A DNA stretch of 64,000 nt from a virus (IMGVR_UViG_3300033182_000581:94492-158491), one strand, 5' to 3'; numbered from the stretch's first letter, positions 9,840-19,020 are shown. Notes: generated from the sequence alone by a model not told the origin. Program-made: numbers and translations.

Positions 9840-10049
9840 ATGGAAGTAGATTTACACGGTGTAAGACATAGTGAAGTTGAAAAAGTATTAGAAGATAACT
9901 TCTTAGTAAGAGAGAATAGAGATGGGTGGAGAATCATAACAGGCCACTCACCTATGATGAAAGATATCGTAACTGATTTCTTAGAACGTAATGGATATCA
10001 ATGGTATCTTCCAAGTTGGAATATGGGAATGGTAATCGTTATTGATTGA
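9840..10049 (+). CDS. stand-alone Smr (small MutS-related) domain protein
   Basis: VDLHGVRHSEV...IITGHS matches the Smr DLHG / ITG-G pattern. Confidence 0.7.
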   Translation: MEVDLHGVRHSEVEKVLEDNFLVRENRDGWRIITGHSPMMKDIVTDFLERNGYQWYLPSWNMGMVIVID

Positions 10050-10050
10050 T

Positions 10051-10218
10051 ATGGTAACATATAAACATAAAGGAATAGAATACGAAATACTAGGTGAACG
10101 AAAGGAGATACTCTTATCTGATTTCAAATACTGCGAATCCATAGGTGATTGGAAAACCATACAAAATAGAATCACAAATGGTACGATGTACGGATGGTTA
10201 AAAGAATTAAATAAATGA
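10051..10218 (+). CDS. hypothetical protein (55 aa)
   Basis: Read by hand: MVTYKHKGIEYEILGER...; fills the gap between neighbouring genes. Confidence 0.5.
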   Translation: MVTYKHKGIEYEILGERKEILLSDFKYCESIGDWKTIQNRITNGTMYGWLKELNK

Positions 10219-10502
10219 TAGTATTTGAGGCAAGAACATTAGAAGAACTTATCGTTGAGGTAAGGGAGAGAGAAGTAGAGATAGGAGTAGAATCCGTAAT
10301 CTCAACTCTTATAGGATTACAAACTGGTGTTGAGGTGGTGAAATTAGATATAAAAACAACCGATGAATTAAAAGAAGAATTTGATTTTTCATTGGAAGTA
10401 ATCATAGAAGATTACGAGGAAACATTCAGAAAGAATAAGGATAAGTTAATCAAAGCAGAAGAGTACGAACTCCTATCAGAAATACAAACATATATCGGAT
10501 GA
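10215..10502 (+). CDS. hypothetical protein (C-terminal UVR-like motif)
   Basis: LIKAEEYELLSEI resembles a UvrB/C motif. Confidence 0.55.
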   Translation: MIVFEARTLEELIVEVREREVEIGVESVISTLIGLQTGVEVVKLDIKTTDELKEEFDFSLEVIIEDYEETFRKNKDKLIKAEEYELLSEIQTYIG

Positions 10503-10570
10503 TAAATCCAAAGTGAGGTAGAATAAAATAAGCTAAATGATATAGATAAATGTGATAATAATATTACATA

Positions 10571-10614
10571 TACCCAACTATTAAGTAATACTTACCCAAC
10601 TATTAAATAATACT
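10571..10614 (+). repeat. 22-bp tandem repeat x2
   Basis: TACCCAACTATTAA(G/A)TAATACT twice. Confidence 0.75.
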
Positions 10615-10635
10615 TATAGTAAAGAGGAGTCTAAA

Positions 10636-11115
10636 ATGAAACCATTATTAACACTATTACTACTGTTACTATGGACAATAGGTAATGGACAAACAAAACC
10701 GCGACCACGAACATCAGATAATTGGGGTGTAGAACTATCAGCAAATATCTCTAATTATAACTCACTATCCATTAGCATAGAAAAAGAGTTCCATTATAAC
10801 AATTGGACATTCGGGCCAAGAGTAGAGTTGGTAAATCCATTTGATTCTATATCATATAAAGGTGGTGATACTACATACCAAATGAACGCTCAGATAAGAA
10901 TAAGATTAGCACAAGTAGAGTATAGGGTAAACCCATCTATAAAGATAGGAATATCTCCATTTTGGATGTTAGGACCCCTCCCACAAAGAGGATACTATAA
11001 GACACCCACATCTATATATGCAGATTTCAGATTGAAAAATGACCTGTTCTTTGTAACAACATTCACCACATCTCAGAGAGAAATGGTACAACTATCCGTT
11101 CGGAAGAGATTGTAA
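10636..11115 (+). CDS. secreted/outer-membrane beta-rich protein
   Basis: Signal peptide MKPLLTLLLLLLWTIGNG; alternating beta-strand-like segments. Confidence 0.55.
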   Translation: MKPLLTLLLLLLWTIGNGQTKPRPRTSDNWGVELSANISNYNSLSISIEKEFHYNNWTFGPRVELVNPFDSISYKGGDTTYQMNAQIRIRLAQVEYRVNPSIKIGISPFWMLGPLPQRGYYKTPTSIYADFRLKNDLFFVTTFTTSQREMVQLSVRKRL

Positions 11116-11295
11116 AAAAAAGTGAGGTAGAATAAAATAACCTCAATAATAAAGAAACTACCTTATATACTAATAATAACCCATACTATACATATTACTC
11201 TATAAAGAGAATAATAACCCATACCGTTCCCACCGTAGGTTACCGACCGAAGGTGTGTAGAGAAAAAATTCCAGAGGAATTTCTATAAAAGCCAT

Positions 11296-11323
11296 AACCT
11301 CCTAATCCATAGGGGGTTTTTTT
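11296..11323 (+). terminator. intrinsic terminator
   Basis: AACCTCCT-AATCCAT-AGGGGGTT plus T-run. Confidence 0.6.
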
Positions 11324-11657
11324 ATACCCAAACTCCCCCATAAAGCCCTACTAAAATACCCACTTTCTACCACATTTCACCACTTTCCATAAAACTCTAG
11401 CACTCTCTAACCATTCCCTATCAGTATTACCTAATATTGGGAATGGGAGGCCTCCCCGCCAAGGCCATAAATCCCCTCCCCGCCAAAACCAATGATATCC
11501 CATTTATACCAAACTCCCCTTAGGGGAAGGGTAGGGTAAGAAAATGAGGTGTAAATGAAATAAGCTCATGCACTTTTTTGTGAAGAAAACAAATTTTTAT
11601 GCCCAGAAGTTATTAACTGACAGAGTGTCATAGTGGCTTTATGGGGCACTGAAAAAG

Positions 11658-12043
11658 TTATCAACACCCATTTTATGACATTATGTCACCCGAAGCGGGA
11701 TAAAAATGGGGCATAAAAAGTTATCCACAAAGTTATTAACATACTGACATATTGTCTGTTGATAAGTTTCTTTAGCTTTATTTGGAATTCTCCCATTTAT
11801 TTCGTATCTTTACAGGGGGGTTATATATAAAAAAACTGCCCATTTATGGGTAACACTCCAAAACCCTTACCAGCAGTCGGGTTTCGAGGGTATCTCGATA
11901 GCTATAAAAGTTTATAAATCTCCAATATTGGGAAGATAAAGTTATCCACAATGCTGCCCTGTTCCTATAATTGGAATAAATAGTTACATTTGTAACACGC
12001 TGTGTTTACTATTTATGGGGGGTTGTGGATATCTTGTGGAAAA
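11658..12043. promoter_or_regulatory. DnaA-box cluster
   Basis: Perfect TTATCCACA at 11721 and 11942; TTTTCCACA (minus) 12035; one-mismatch boxes at 11658, 11757 (minus) and 12024 (minus); weaker box at 11733. Confidence 0.65.
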
Positions 12044-12044
12044 C

Positions 12045-12100
12045 TTAACACAAATTTAACATTAGGGATTTGGATATATGGGGATAATGTGTTATCTTTA
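12045..12100 (+). promoter_or_regulatory. class I promoter cassette, copy 4
   Basis: TTAACA 12045, TTTG 12069, TATCTTTA 12093. Confidence 0.75.
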
Positions 12101-12122
12101 CTATGTAAAAGAGAGATAAGTT

Positions 12123-12695
12123 ATGAAAAACAAGAAAATCAAAATCGAGTTGGGTGGTCAAATGTATGAGTTGAACGCCAAGTGTTTACGAGAAAATACC
12201 TACGGAGCTGGTAAGAACGTAGGAAAATACCTTTACATCAGTCACGCTGATGCTGGGTCTTTGGTGAAACAATTTGTTAAGAAGAATTATCCTAATGTGG
12301 TATGTAAGGTGAGTTCATCCTCTTTTAGTGGTGGTAACTCTCTTGATGTTTATGTCCACGATAAATTAGGTAACCCCATCGCTCAAGACATTTACGACAA
12401 TATTAACCGATTCGCCCACCAATGGGAGTATGGTAAGTTCAACGGAATGTTCGACATCTACGAGAACTATGAGTCCGCCGGAGCGGTGTCTGACAACGGA
12501 ACGACCATCCAAGCCGGTGTTAAGTATGTGAATGTTTACAACCGAGCTAAATTCGGAACGATGGAAGCTATCCTCTACGAAGTAATGGAAGAGGGTCGTG
12601 AGTTCGGTGAGGTCACCAAGTTCTACACCGATTCAACCACCAAAAACCAAGTGGTTCGAGCTCAAAAAGTTCTTTCAGAGTTAGGTAAGATTTAA
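12123..12695 (+). CDS. LPD29-like protein, paralog 2
   Basis: KKNYPNVVCKVSSSSFSGGNSLDVY; YGKFNGMFDIYE and GVKYVNVYNR are shared with 1729..2328. Confidence 0.55.
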   Translation: MKNKKIKIELGGQMYELNAKCLRENTYGAGKNVGKYLYISHADAGSLVKQFVKKNYPNVVCKVSSSSFSGGNSLDVYVHDKLGNPIAQDIYDNINRFAHQWEYGKFNGMFDIYENYESAGAVSDNGTTIQAGVKYVNVYNRAKFGTMEAILYEVMEEGREFGEVTKFYTDSTTKNQVVRAQKVLSELGKI

Positions 12696-12747
12696 CACAA
12701 AGTTAACATTAAAAGTTTGGAACTTTGAGAATTATTCACTACATTTA
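12692..12747 (+). promoter_or_regulatory. class I promoter cassette, copy 5
   Basis: TTAACA 12692, TTTG 12716, TACATTTA 12740. Confidence 0.75.
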
Positions 12748-12769
12748 CTATGTAAAAGAGAGATAAGTT

Positions 12770-12985
12770 ATGAAACAACTAGAAGAATTAGTAAATGATG
12801 GATATGAAGATTTAACTATATCAAAACAAAACTTTATTACATTAATAGAAAAATATGGACATAATATACCGATACTTATCAATAATAAAAAGGTATGGAT
12901 TCACTTTACGGAATCTGATAAAATATTAGTAGAATGTGATATAAGTGATGGAAGTGGTATAGAATTAAATATTGAAGAAATATGA
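12770..12985 (+). CDS. hypothetical protein
   Basis: ORF behind cassette 5. Confidence 0.6.
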   Translation: MKQLEELVNDGYEDLTISKQNFITLIEKYGHNIPILINNKKVWIHFTESDKILVECDISDGSGIELNIEEI

Positions 12986-13245
12986 AACATAAAAGACTAA
13001 CTCAAGAACAATTAAAAGAGTATGAAAATAAAAAACTCACTTCAAAAGATATAATAGAAATGGAAGAAAAGGGTTTTAGAATACCGCTAATGGTAAAATT
13101 ATATAATTTAGAAAAAGAAGATAAAATAAGTTTTACCGAAGATACACTAACAGATATGTTAAAATTTGCTATTGAAAATGAGTATTATGAAAAAGCAGCT
13201 ATATTAAAATCGTATTTAGATAATCACATCACACCCAACAATTAA
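12982..13245 (+). CDS. hypothetical protein with C-terminal UVR motif
   Basis: AIENEYYEKAAILKS. Confidence 0.6.
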   Translation: MKHKRLTQEQLKEYENKKLTSKDIIEMEEKGFRIPLMVKLYNLEKEDKISFTEDTLTDMLKFAIENEYYEKAAILKSYLDNHITPNN

Positions 13246-13323
13246 AGCACCTTTATCAAATTAATTGATATTTATTAGTATAGATGAGATAATCGAAAAA
13301 ATAATAATCTAAATTCAAGATAT

Positions 13324-13518
13324 ATGAAGAATCAGTATGGTAAGAAGTATCAGTATGGATACCAACCCAAAATTAATTACTGGAAGTACAAGTGGAATCA
13401 AGCCTTAGAGATGGGTGATGTAGAAGGAGCACTCCGAGCAGAGTGGAAGGTAGAATACTTTACCCAACGCCAGTTAGATATCTACGGGCACCATATGGTG
13501 GTAGGGAATGTAATATAA
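13324..13518 (+). CDS. hypothetical protein
   Basis: ORF after ATATTTAT at 13268. Confidence 0.55.
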   Translation: MKNQYGKKYQYGYQPKINYWKYKWNQALEMGDVEGALRAEWKVEYFTQRQLDIYGHHMVVGNVI

Positions 13519-13719
13519 GAGATGGGCCACAACCACCCTTCGTAAGCCATTATAGGCGATGAAAGATACTCGTGCAGGGGGGTGGGGGTATTTTCTCGTA
13601 ATCCTCTGAGAATCAATGACTTAGACGTGGGCTTAGTTGGTTTTTATGCAGAGGTCGCTTTTTCTCTCTAGGGAAAACCTATCTGAAGTGGTATGTAGTA
13701 CATATGAGGTAAATAATAA

Positions 13720-13775
13720 TTAACATAAAGTTAACATTGGAGATTTGGTAGTTTGGGTTATTATTATTATATTAG
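13720..13775 (+). promoter_or_regulatory. class I promoter cassette, copy 6
   Basis: TTAACA 13720, TTTG 13744, TATATTAG 13768. Confidence 0.75.
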
Positions 13776-13794
13776 TAGTGTAATAATGAGAGAT

Positions 13795-14076
13795 ATGATT
13801 TACAATAAAGAAAGTTTTAAGAGTTCGGTTGTTGGACTTCCAAAAGAAGAGTTAGTGTTACTCCACTCATCTATCAGAGTGGCAATGGCCAAAACTCCAA
13901 AAGAGAAACGTCGTGTTATGAACCAATGTGAAAGACTAAGGAAGGTTGTGTTTGGAACTGATGTGATTGAACGATTAGAAGGGTTGGATAGAAAGGTACT
14001 ACTATCTATGTTGAATTCAACCAACGGAATCTTAATGAAGAAATCATATAGTGAAACAGGTAGAATGAATTGGTAA
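13795..14076 (+). CDS. hypothetical protein
   Basis: ATG after GAGAGAT; the start given in the track lies inside the promoter. Confidence 0.6.
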   Translation: MIYNKESFKSSVVGLPKEELVLLHSSIRVAMAKTPKEKRRVMNQCERLRKVVFGTDVIERLEGLDRKVLLSMLNSTNGILMKKSYSETGRMNW

Positions 14077-14087
14077 TTAGATAATCT

Positions 14088-14474
14088 ATGAAAAACCCAA
14101 TTAACGAATCTGGCCTAAAACTTGAAGAGTCATTAGAGAACTACTTGAGGGTCAATGGGTTACCTTATAAACGAAACTCCAATGGTATTGATTTTATTGT
14201 AGGCGATGGTCAGTATTATATAGAATGTAAGAATCAAACACAAGGTGGTTCAGTAAATGAGAAGTTACCACATACCATTTGGAAGTATCAGCAAAAGTAT
14301 GGAATGGACACGATGTACATTATTCAACCATATACTGATGGTATGGGTGTGGTTATGAACCATATACAATGGTTGGAGTCTATGTTAGGTATTAATGTAC
14401 ATATTGTATCGTATGAAGATATGTGTAATGTGTTGAGTGGTAATAAAATTGACCCACCATCAATCTATTGGTAA
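14088..14474 (+). CDS. PD-(D/E)XK nuclease (restriction-endonuclease-like)
   Basis: LEE..., IDFIV...YYIECKNQ catalytic pattern. Confidence 0.7.
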   Translation: MKNPINESGLKLEESLENYLRVNGLPYKRNSNGIDFIVGDGQYYIECKNQTQGGSVNEKLPHTIWKYQQKYGMDTMYIIQPYTDGMGVVMNHIQWLESMLGINVHIVSYEDMCNVLSGNKIDPPSIYW

Positions 14475-14939
14475 ACAAGCGACGCAGGATTAGATATCCA
14501 TTCTTCAGAAGTAAAGGATGACAAGTGGAATGGTATAACACTTAAAAGATTATAGAGATATGAATAATGTTATATACATAGATGGTATTGGGTATAAGGT
14601 TATTACCAAAAATCGAATTAACTCAGATGGTGTATCAGAGCCATATGATATTTATGAACCTTTAAATTAAGATATGAAACGGGATAAACAATATAGGGAT
14701 TCAGCCCTATTCGCGGGAATTGGTATGATTAGTTTCGTTGCCATAGTTATTGGAATGATAATCTATAATATAGTGGTAAATGGGATTGGTTAAAAAATGG
14801 AAAGGAAAACTGCTCACCAAACTATTTGTGGAATGGGTGCGGGAATCTAAGGATGTCGAAGCCCTTCAGTTCTCTAAGGAACTGATTTCCAATAGGTTAG
14901 ATATGGTAGAGGGTAGAATTAGAGTTATAGGATTCCGAA

Positions 14940-15203
14940 ATGATATTAAGTGAACGACAGTGGAATGCATTGGGTAAAATGCTTGGTGGTAACTCTGAGT
15001 ATTCGGATAGGATTTCAGGCGGGGGTTCTACCATAACCCTTAAACGCATATCCCATCTTCAGAACTCTTATCTACTTACCTATAATGGGAATATAGAAGT
15101 AGAGATACATAGGTATTCAGAGATATCTAATTATGATTTAACCCTTTTACATACTCTATGGAATCTATGGGTAGCTCGTAATTATCCTAAAGAGTTAGAT
15201 TAA
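14940..15203 (+). CDS. hypothetical protein
   Basis: 87-aa ORF. Confidence 0.5.
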   Translation: MILSERQWNALGKMLGGNSEYSDRISGGGSTITLKRISHLQNSYLLTYNGNIEVEIHRYSEISNYDLTLLHTLWNLWVARNYPKELD

Positions 15204-15232
15204 GTAATTTATTTTTTACATCACTTTTGAAA

Positions 15233-15489
15233 ATGTACAGATACAATATAGATTCGTTTGATTGGGATGGAATCCTTTTCCACGCAAAGTTATCCCAATT
15301 ATGGGATTCCGATAGGCGAGGTAGGTGGCTTTCCCAATGGTAAACGACAATTCGTTATAGAGAATGAAAGGGCTGGTGGGTTTCGTAGAATTCCAATGTG
15401 AAGAGTGGGAAGAAGAAGGTCTTTACTGGCGATTCACATCTGAGGATGGGATTCCCCTAAGAGTATTTGTAGATGGTGAATGGGCGTAG
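15233..15489 (+). pseudogene. possible frameshifted gene remnant
   Basis: Three short overlapping + frames give a continuous protein-like read (MYRYNIDSFDW / FPNGKRQFVIENERAGGFRR / FQCEEW...SEDGIPL) if two +1 shifts are assumed. Confidence 0.3.
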
Positions 15490-15573
15490 ATTGTTGACGG
15501 GCCTGCATGCGAAAGGAATTGAAAATTTCTTTTAAAAGCACACCACTTCGGGTGGTCTGATGGGCACGAAGAT

Positions 15574-15628
15574 TTAACAATTTTTTAACATTGGGATTTG
15601 GATATATAAAAAATTATTCGTATATTAG
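15574..15628 (+). promoter_or_regulatory. class I promoter cassette, copy 7
   Basis: TTAACA 15574, TTTG 15597, TATATTAG 15621. Confidence 0.75.
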
Positions 15629-15653
15629 TACTGTAATAAGAGATTAAAACAAT

Positions 15654-16013
15654 ATGATTATGAACTTCAATGACATTAAATTCGGAACTCACCCAAATGG
15701 GAGAGGTATTCAAGGTAAGTTAAAAGTGAATGGGTTTACCCTAAGTGTGGTGGCCGGTTCATCTGCTTACAGTACACCGCGCGAAGATTTGAATTCACCT
15801 GATGATTTCAGTTCGTTTGAAATTGCAGTGTTTGATTCCAATGGTGATTGGGCAACTCAAACATTCTTTCCTGATTTAGGTGATGATGTTAAAGGTTGGG
15901 TAGATAGAGATGAGATTACTGAGTTGATTGGTAAACTTCAAAACCACATCCCTAATAACACAATTGCTGGTGTTGATTTTACCGATTCACTAAACCTACT
16001 GAATAATCTTTAA
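15654..16013 (+). CDS. hypothetical protein
   Basis: LSVVAGSSAYS...FEIAVFD pattern; behind cassette 7. Confidence 0.7.
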   Translation: MIMNFNDIKFGTHPNGRGIQGKLKVNGFTLSVVAGSSAYSTPREDLNSPDDFSSFEIAVFDSNGDWATQTFFPDLGDDVKGWVDRDEITELIGKLQNHIPNNTIAGVDFTDSLNLLNNL

Positions 16014-16026
16014 AACAAAAGAGAGT

Positions 16027-16128
16027 GAGTAAGGCAAAACTTGTTGGTATGATATGTAAAGAGCAGTTGCAAATGCTTGAGGAAAACCACCCATTTTTTG
16101 GAATAAAGAAAGTCCTCACACCTTACTC
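16027..16128 (+). ncRNA. candidate structured RNA
   Basis: Intergenic; GAGTAAGG/CCTTACTC closing stem, inner TGAGGA/TCCTCA and GAGCA/TGCTT stems. Confidence 0.35.
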
Positions 16129-16154
16129 TATTTTAACCTTTAACACCAAAGACA

Positions 16155-16715
16155 ATGAATAAATTTAAGTTTTTAAAAGTATTTAATTCACCATTCAAAA
16201 GACCAAAACTTAAATGGTATTTTGGAAAGGTTGCAATTGGTACTCCATATTTTTATCCACGAAGATGGGTTAAACATACACCAAAAACTGCATCTAAAAT
16301 TGCATTTGAAAAAGTTAACAAAATGAATGTTGACATTAGTAAACGTAGAGATGCTTACAATAAATGGTATAATTCAACGTTGAATTCTAGATATGCCGTT
16401 CCAAAAAAGATTGGATTTGACTTTGTAGGATTAGGTTGGAAAATAAAATGGACTGATACGGATTACCGATTTGAATGGAATCCTATTTGGTCATTCGTTT
16501 TCTTTAAGTGGCAAATTGCAGTATCATTTGTACCAGATGATTGTCATCACTATTGGGCTTGTTGGTTAACTTATGAAAATAATACTGATAAAAATCTACC
16601 AGCTGAAGAACGAATTAAGATAGCCAAAGAAATTAATCCTGAGGTTTGGACTTCAAGTCGTGAGGGTAAAGAAGAAACAATTTGTTATTGGGATAAAGTT
16701 TTAAAAGAAAAATGA
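16155..16715 (+). CDS. hypothetical protein (Trp-rich)
   Basis: 186-aa ORF. Confidence 0.7.
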   Translation: MNKFKFLKVFNSPFKRPKLKWYFGKVAIGTPYFYPRRWVKHTPKTASKIAFEKVNKMNVDISKRRDAYNKWYNSTLNSRYAVPKKIGFDFVGLGWKIKWTDTDYRFEWNPIWSFVFFKWQIAVSFVPDDCHHYWACWLTYENNTDKNLPAEERIKIAKEINPEVWTSSREGKEETICYWDKVLKEK

Positions 16716-17110
16716 AAGAGTTTATTAATCGATACAATGATGTATTCACATTTGAATACAATGATAGAGGTAACATCCAATGGAGTGGTAACTTTGAACA
16801 TTGTCGTTTTGGAGTTGCTAATGTGTATGATGATGCATACAATGAATATAAGAAAGATGGTGGTACACTATCTATGAAAGAATTCATTAAGGAAGTTCAT
16901 TACTACGATTCTGAATCCTTTGAATCATCGGAGATTTCCAAAGCATATCGTGGGTTGGTGTACTCTGATTGGAATACCATCACAATGGTAGACCCAAGTG
17001 GTGGCCCATACATTAGTAAGGGATTGGATATGGGTCTTTTTGAAATGGAAGGAAAAGTAACTGGATTCACTCCTAATGAGAGTGGATACGAAATTCATAT
17101 AGAAAAATGA
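16712..17110 (+). CDS. hypothetical protein
   Basis: Coupled ORF; VDPSGGPYI motif. Confidence 0.7.
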   Translation: MKEFINRYNDVFTFEYNDRGNIQWSGNFEHCRFGVANVYDDAYNEYKKDGGTLSMKEFIKEVHYYDSESFESSEISKAYRGLVYSDWNTITMVDPSGGPYISKGLDMGLFEMEGKVTGFTPNESGYEIHIEK

Positions 17111-17362
17111 TAGAGTTTAAATGGATGGTAGTGATACTAACGATTGTTGTTAGTGCATTGTTTATATACTTAACAGGTAAAGAAGAAAATGAAAATATCA
17201 ATAAGTAGTATATGGGGTCAGATTTATATCTTACCCTTTATTAAGTTGACACATACCCGAACACTAAATGGTGATTTGGAACTAATCATTGGTTGGTTAA
17301 AGTGGGAGATTATTTTTGGAATTTAATTTGGTAGTTTCAAAAATATTTAGTATATTAGATGT

Positions 17363-18043
17363 ATGAGAATTTGGCACATATCAGATACACACACGTATCA
17401 TAGATTGTTGGAAGTTCCAACTGATATTGATATGGTGATTTTTAGTGGGGATTGTTCTAATCCAAGAGACCCTTATCCAAACGAAGTTGAGGTAAGGGGT
17501 TTTATTGATTGGTATCGTACACTAAAGATTCCCCATAAGATATTTGTTGCTGGAAATCACGATACTTCTATTGAAAAACGATTTGTAACAAAAGAAGATT
17601 TTGAATATCACAAAATCATCTACTTAGAAAACGAAGATGTAACTATTGATGGACTGAAAATCTTTGGTTCACCTTACACTCCAAGATTTGGATACGGTTG
17701 GGCGTGGAACAAAGAACGACATAAGTTAGATAGGATTTGGAGAAACATCATTGATGAAGATGTGGATATCATTATCACTCACGGACCACCAAAAGGAACT
17801 TTAGATTTATCGTTTGATAGAAATAGGTGTTTAGAGAGATGTGGTGATAAATCTCTACTCAATAGAGTAATGGAAGTTAATCCAAAGTTGTGTTTATTTG
17901 GACATATTCATAATTGTGAAGATGTGATAAATCAAGGTACAATGACTTTAAGCGGATTAGATACTATCTTTTCAAATGGTTCGGTAATGAAAGATGGTAA
18001 ATTTGGTACATTAACATCAAACGGAAATATATTTGAACTATGA
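17363..18043 (+). CDS. calcineurin-like metallophosphoesterase
   Basis: ISDTH, SGD, AGNHD, ITHGPP, FGHIH. Confidence 0.9.
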   Translation: MRIWHISDTHTYHRLLEVPTDIDMVIFSGDCSNPRDPYPNEVEVRGFIDWYRTLKIPHKIFVAGNHDTSIEKRFVTKEDFEYHKIIYLENEDVTIDGLKIFGSPYTPRFGYGWAWNKERHKLDRIWRNIIDEDVDIIITHGPPKGTLDLSFDRNRCLERCGDKSLLNRVMEVNPKLCLFGHIHNCEDVINQGTMTLSGLDTIFSNGSVMKDGKFGTLTSNGNIFEL

Positions 18044-18399
18044 TAACTGGAGCACAACCTAAGATTCTGTTAAAACAAGATGAGAATGGGAATCTTAAAA
18101 TGAATGATGAAATGGGTAAGCTACTATTTGGCGATACCGAAATGAACTGGAAGTTAGTTAGAGAACGAGATGGATTAACCAAACAATCTAAGGAAGTAAT
18201 ATGGCTTGAATGGAATGAAGATGGTACATTCAAATCTAAACATGATGAACCTGCAGTTAATAGGAGTTTGATTATGTCCCCATTCAATCAGTTCTTTACC
18301 TGGCAAACCACATCGATTACTGAGATTGTAGAAGAAAGAGATGGGTATCTAAAGTTCAAAACACAAAATTCAAACTATGAGTTATTTAGATTATCTTAA
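18040..18399 (+). CDS. hypothetical protein
   Basis: Coupled ORF. Confidence 0.7.
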   Translation: MITGAQPKILLKQDENGNLKMNDEMGKLLFGDTEMNWKLVRERDGLTKQSKEVIWLEWNEDGTFKSKHDEPAVNRSLIMSPFNQFFTWQTTSITEIVEERDGYLKFKTQNSNYELFRLS

Positions 18400-18465
18400 A
18401 AATAAATTTGGATATATCAAAAATAAGTTGTATATTTGTATCAAATAAACATTGAGTATAGCGTA

Positions 18466-18852
18466 ATGAGTAAACGAAAAGTAATTAACGTAACCTATCG
18501 GAAGGATAGTCAAACGTTTCCTGATTGGATGAAGTATGAGGTTGAAATCCTCAACGAAGATGGTACTACTGAATTGATTCCAGCGTATGGTAAAGACCTG
18601 CAGGATGCATTGAGTAGAGTAGTACATGATTCCAAAGTAGAGAAGGTATCAAAGGTAGTGGATAAAATTCCAACAGTTGTATGGCCATTTGTATGGCTTG
18701 TATTGTTGGGTATTGCAGTAACATACATCACCACATATGGTTATTTGTTTGGTGATTGGATTGGGTTCGCATACATTGGTAGTATGTTTATAATTAGTGG
18801 TATCACACTATCCATTTCAAATTGGTTTAACCTAAAGAATAGGGATAAGTAA
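18466..18852 (+). CDS. membrane protein
   Basis: Two C-terminal TM segments; behind class II promoter at 18407. Confidence 0.7.
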   Translation: MSKRKVINVTYRKDSQTFPDWMKYEVEILNEDGTTELIPAYGKDLQDALSRVVHDSKVEKVSKVVDKIPTVVWPFVWLVLLGIAVTYITTYGYLFGDWIGFAYIGSMFIISGITLSISNWFNLKNRDK

Positions 18853-19020
18853 ATGAGTGGACCATATAAGAGATACGTTCCTGATATTGAGGATTTAGAA
18901 AAGAAAGATAAGAAAACTATTTGGGAGATGTATCATAAGGTAGAAATCTTTATCGGGCCATCCGATAGTATCAAATACATAAATAAAGTTTTAGAAGAAT
19001 ATGGCAAAGAAGAAAAGTAA
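18853..19020 (+). CDS. hypothetical protein (55 aa)
   Basis: Read by hand: MSGPYKRYVPDIEDLEK... Confidence 0.5.
   Translation: MSGPYKRYVPDIEDLEKKDKKTIWEMYHKVEIFIGPSDSIKYINKVLEEYGKEEK

Larger units (their letters stand above)
10510..11140 (+). repeat. 22-bp direct repeat AAAGTGAGGTAGAATAAAATAA at 10510 and 11119
   Basis: Identical copies on either side of ORF 10636..11115. Confidence 0.8.
11140..12044. other. putative replication origin (about 0.9 kb non-coding)
   Basis: Longest ORF-free stretch in the window; DnaA-box cluster, palindromes, local switch from C-rich to G-rich near 11520. Confidence 0.55.
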
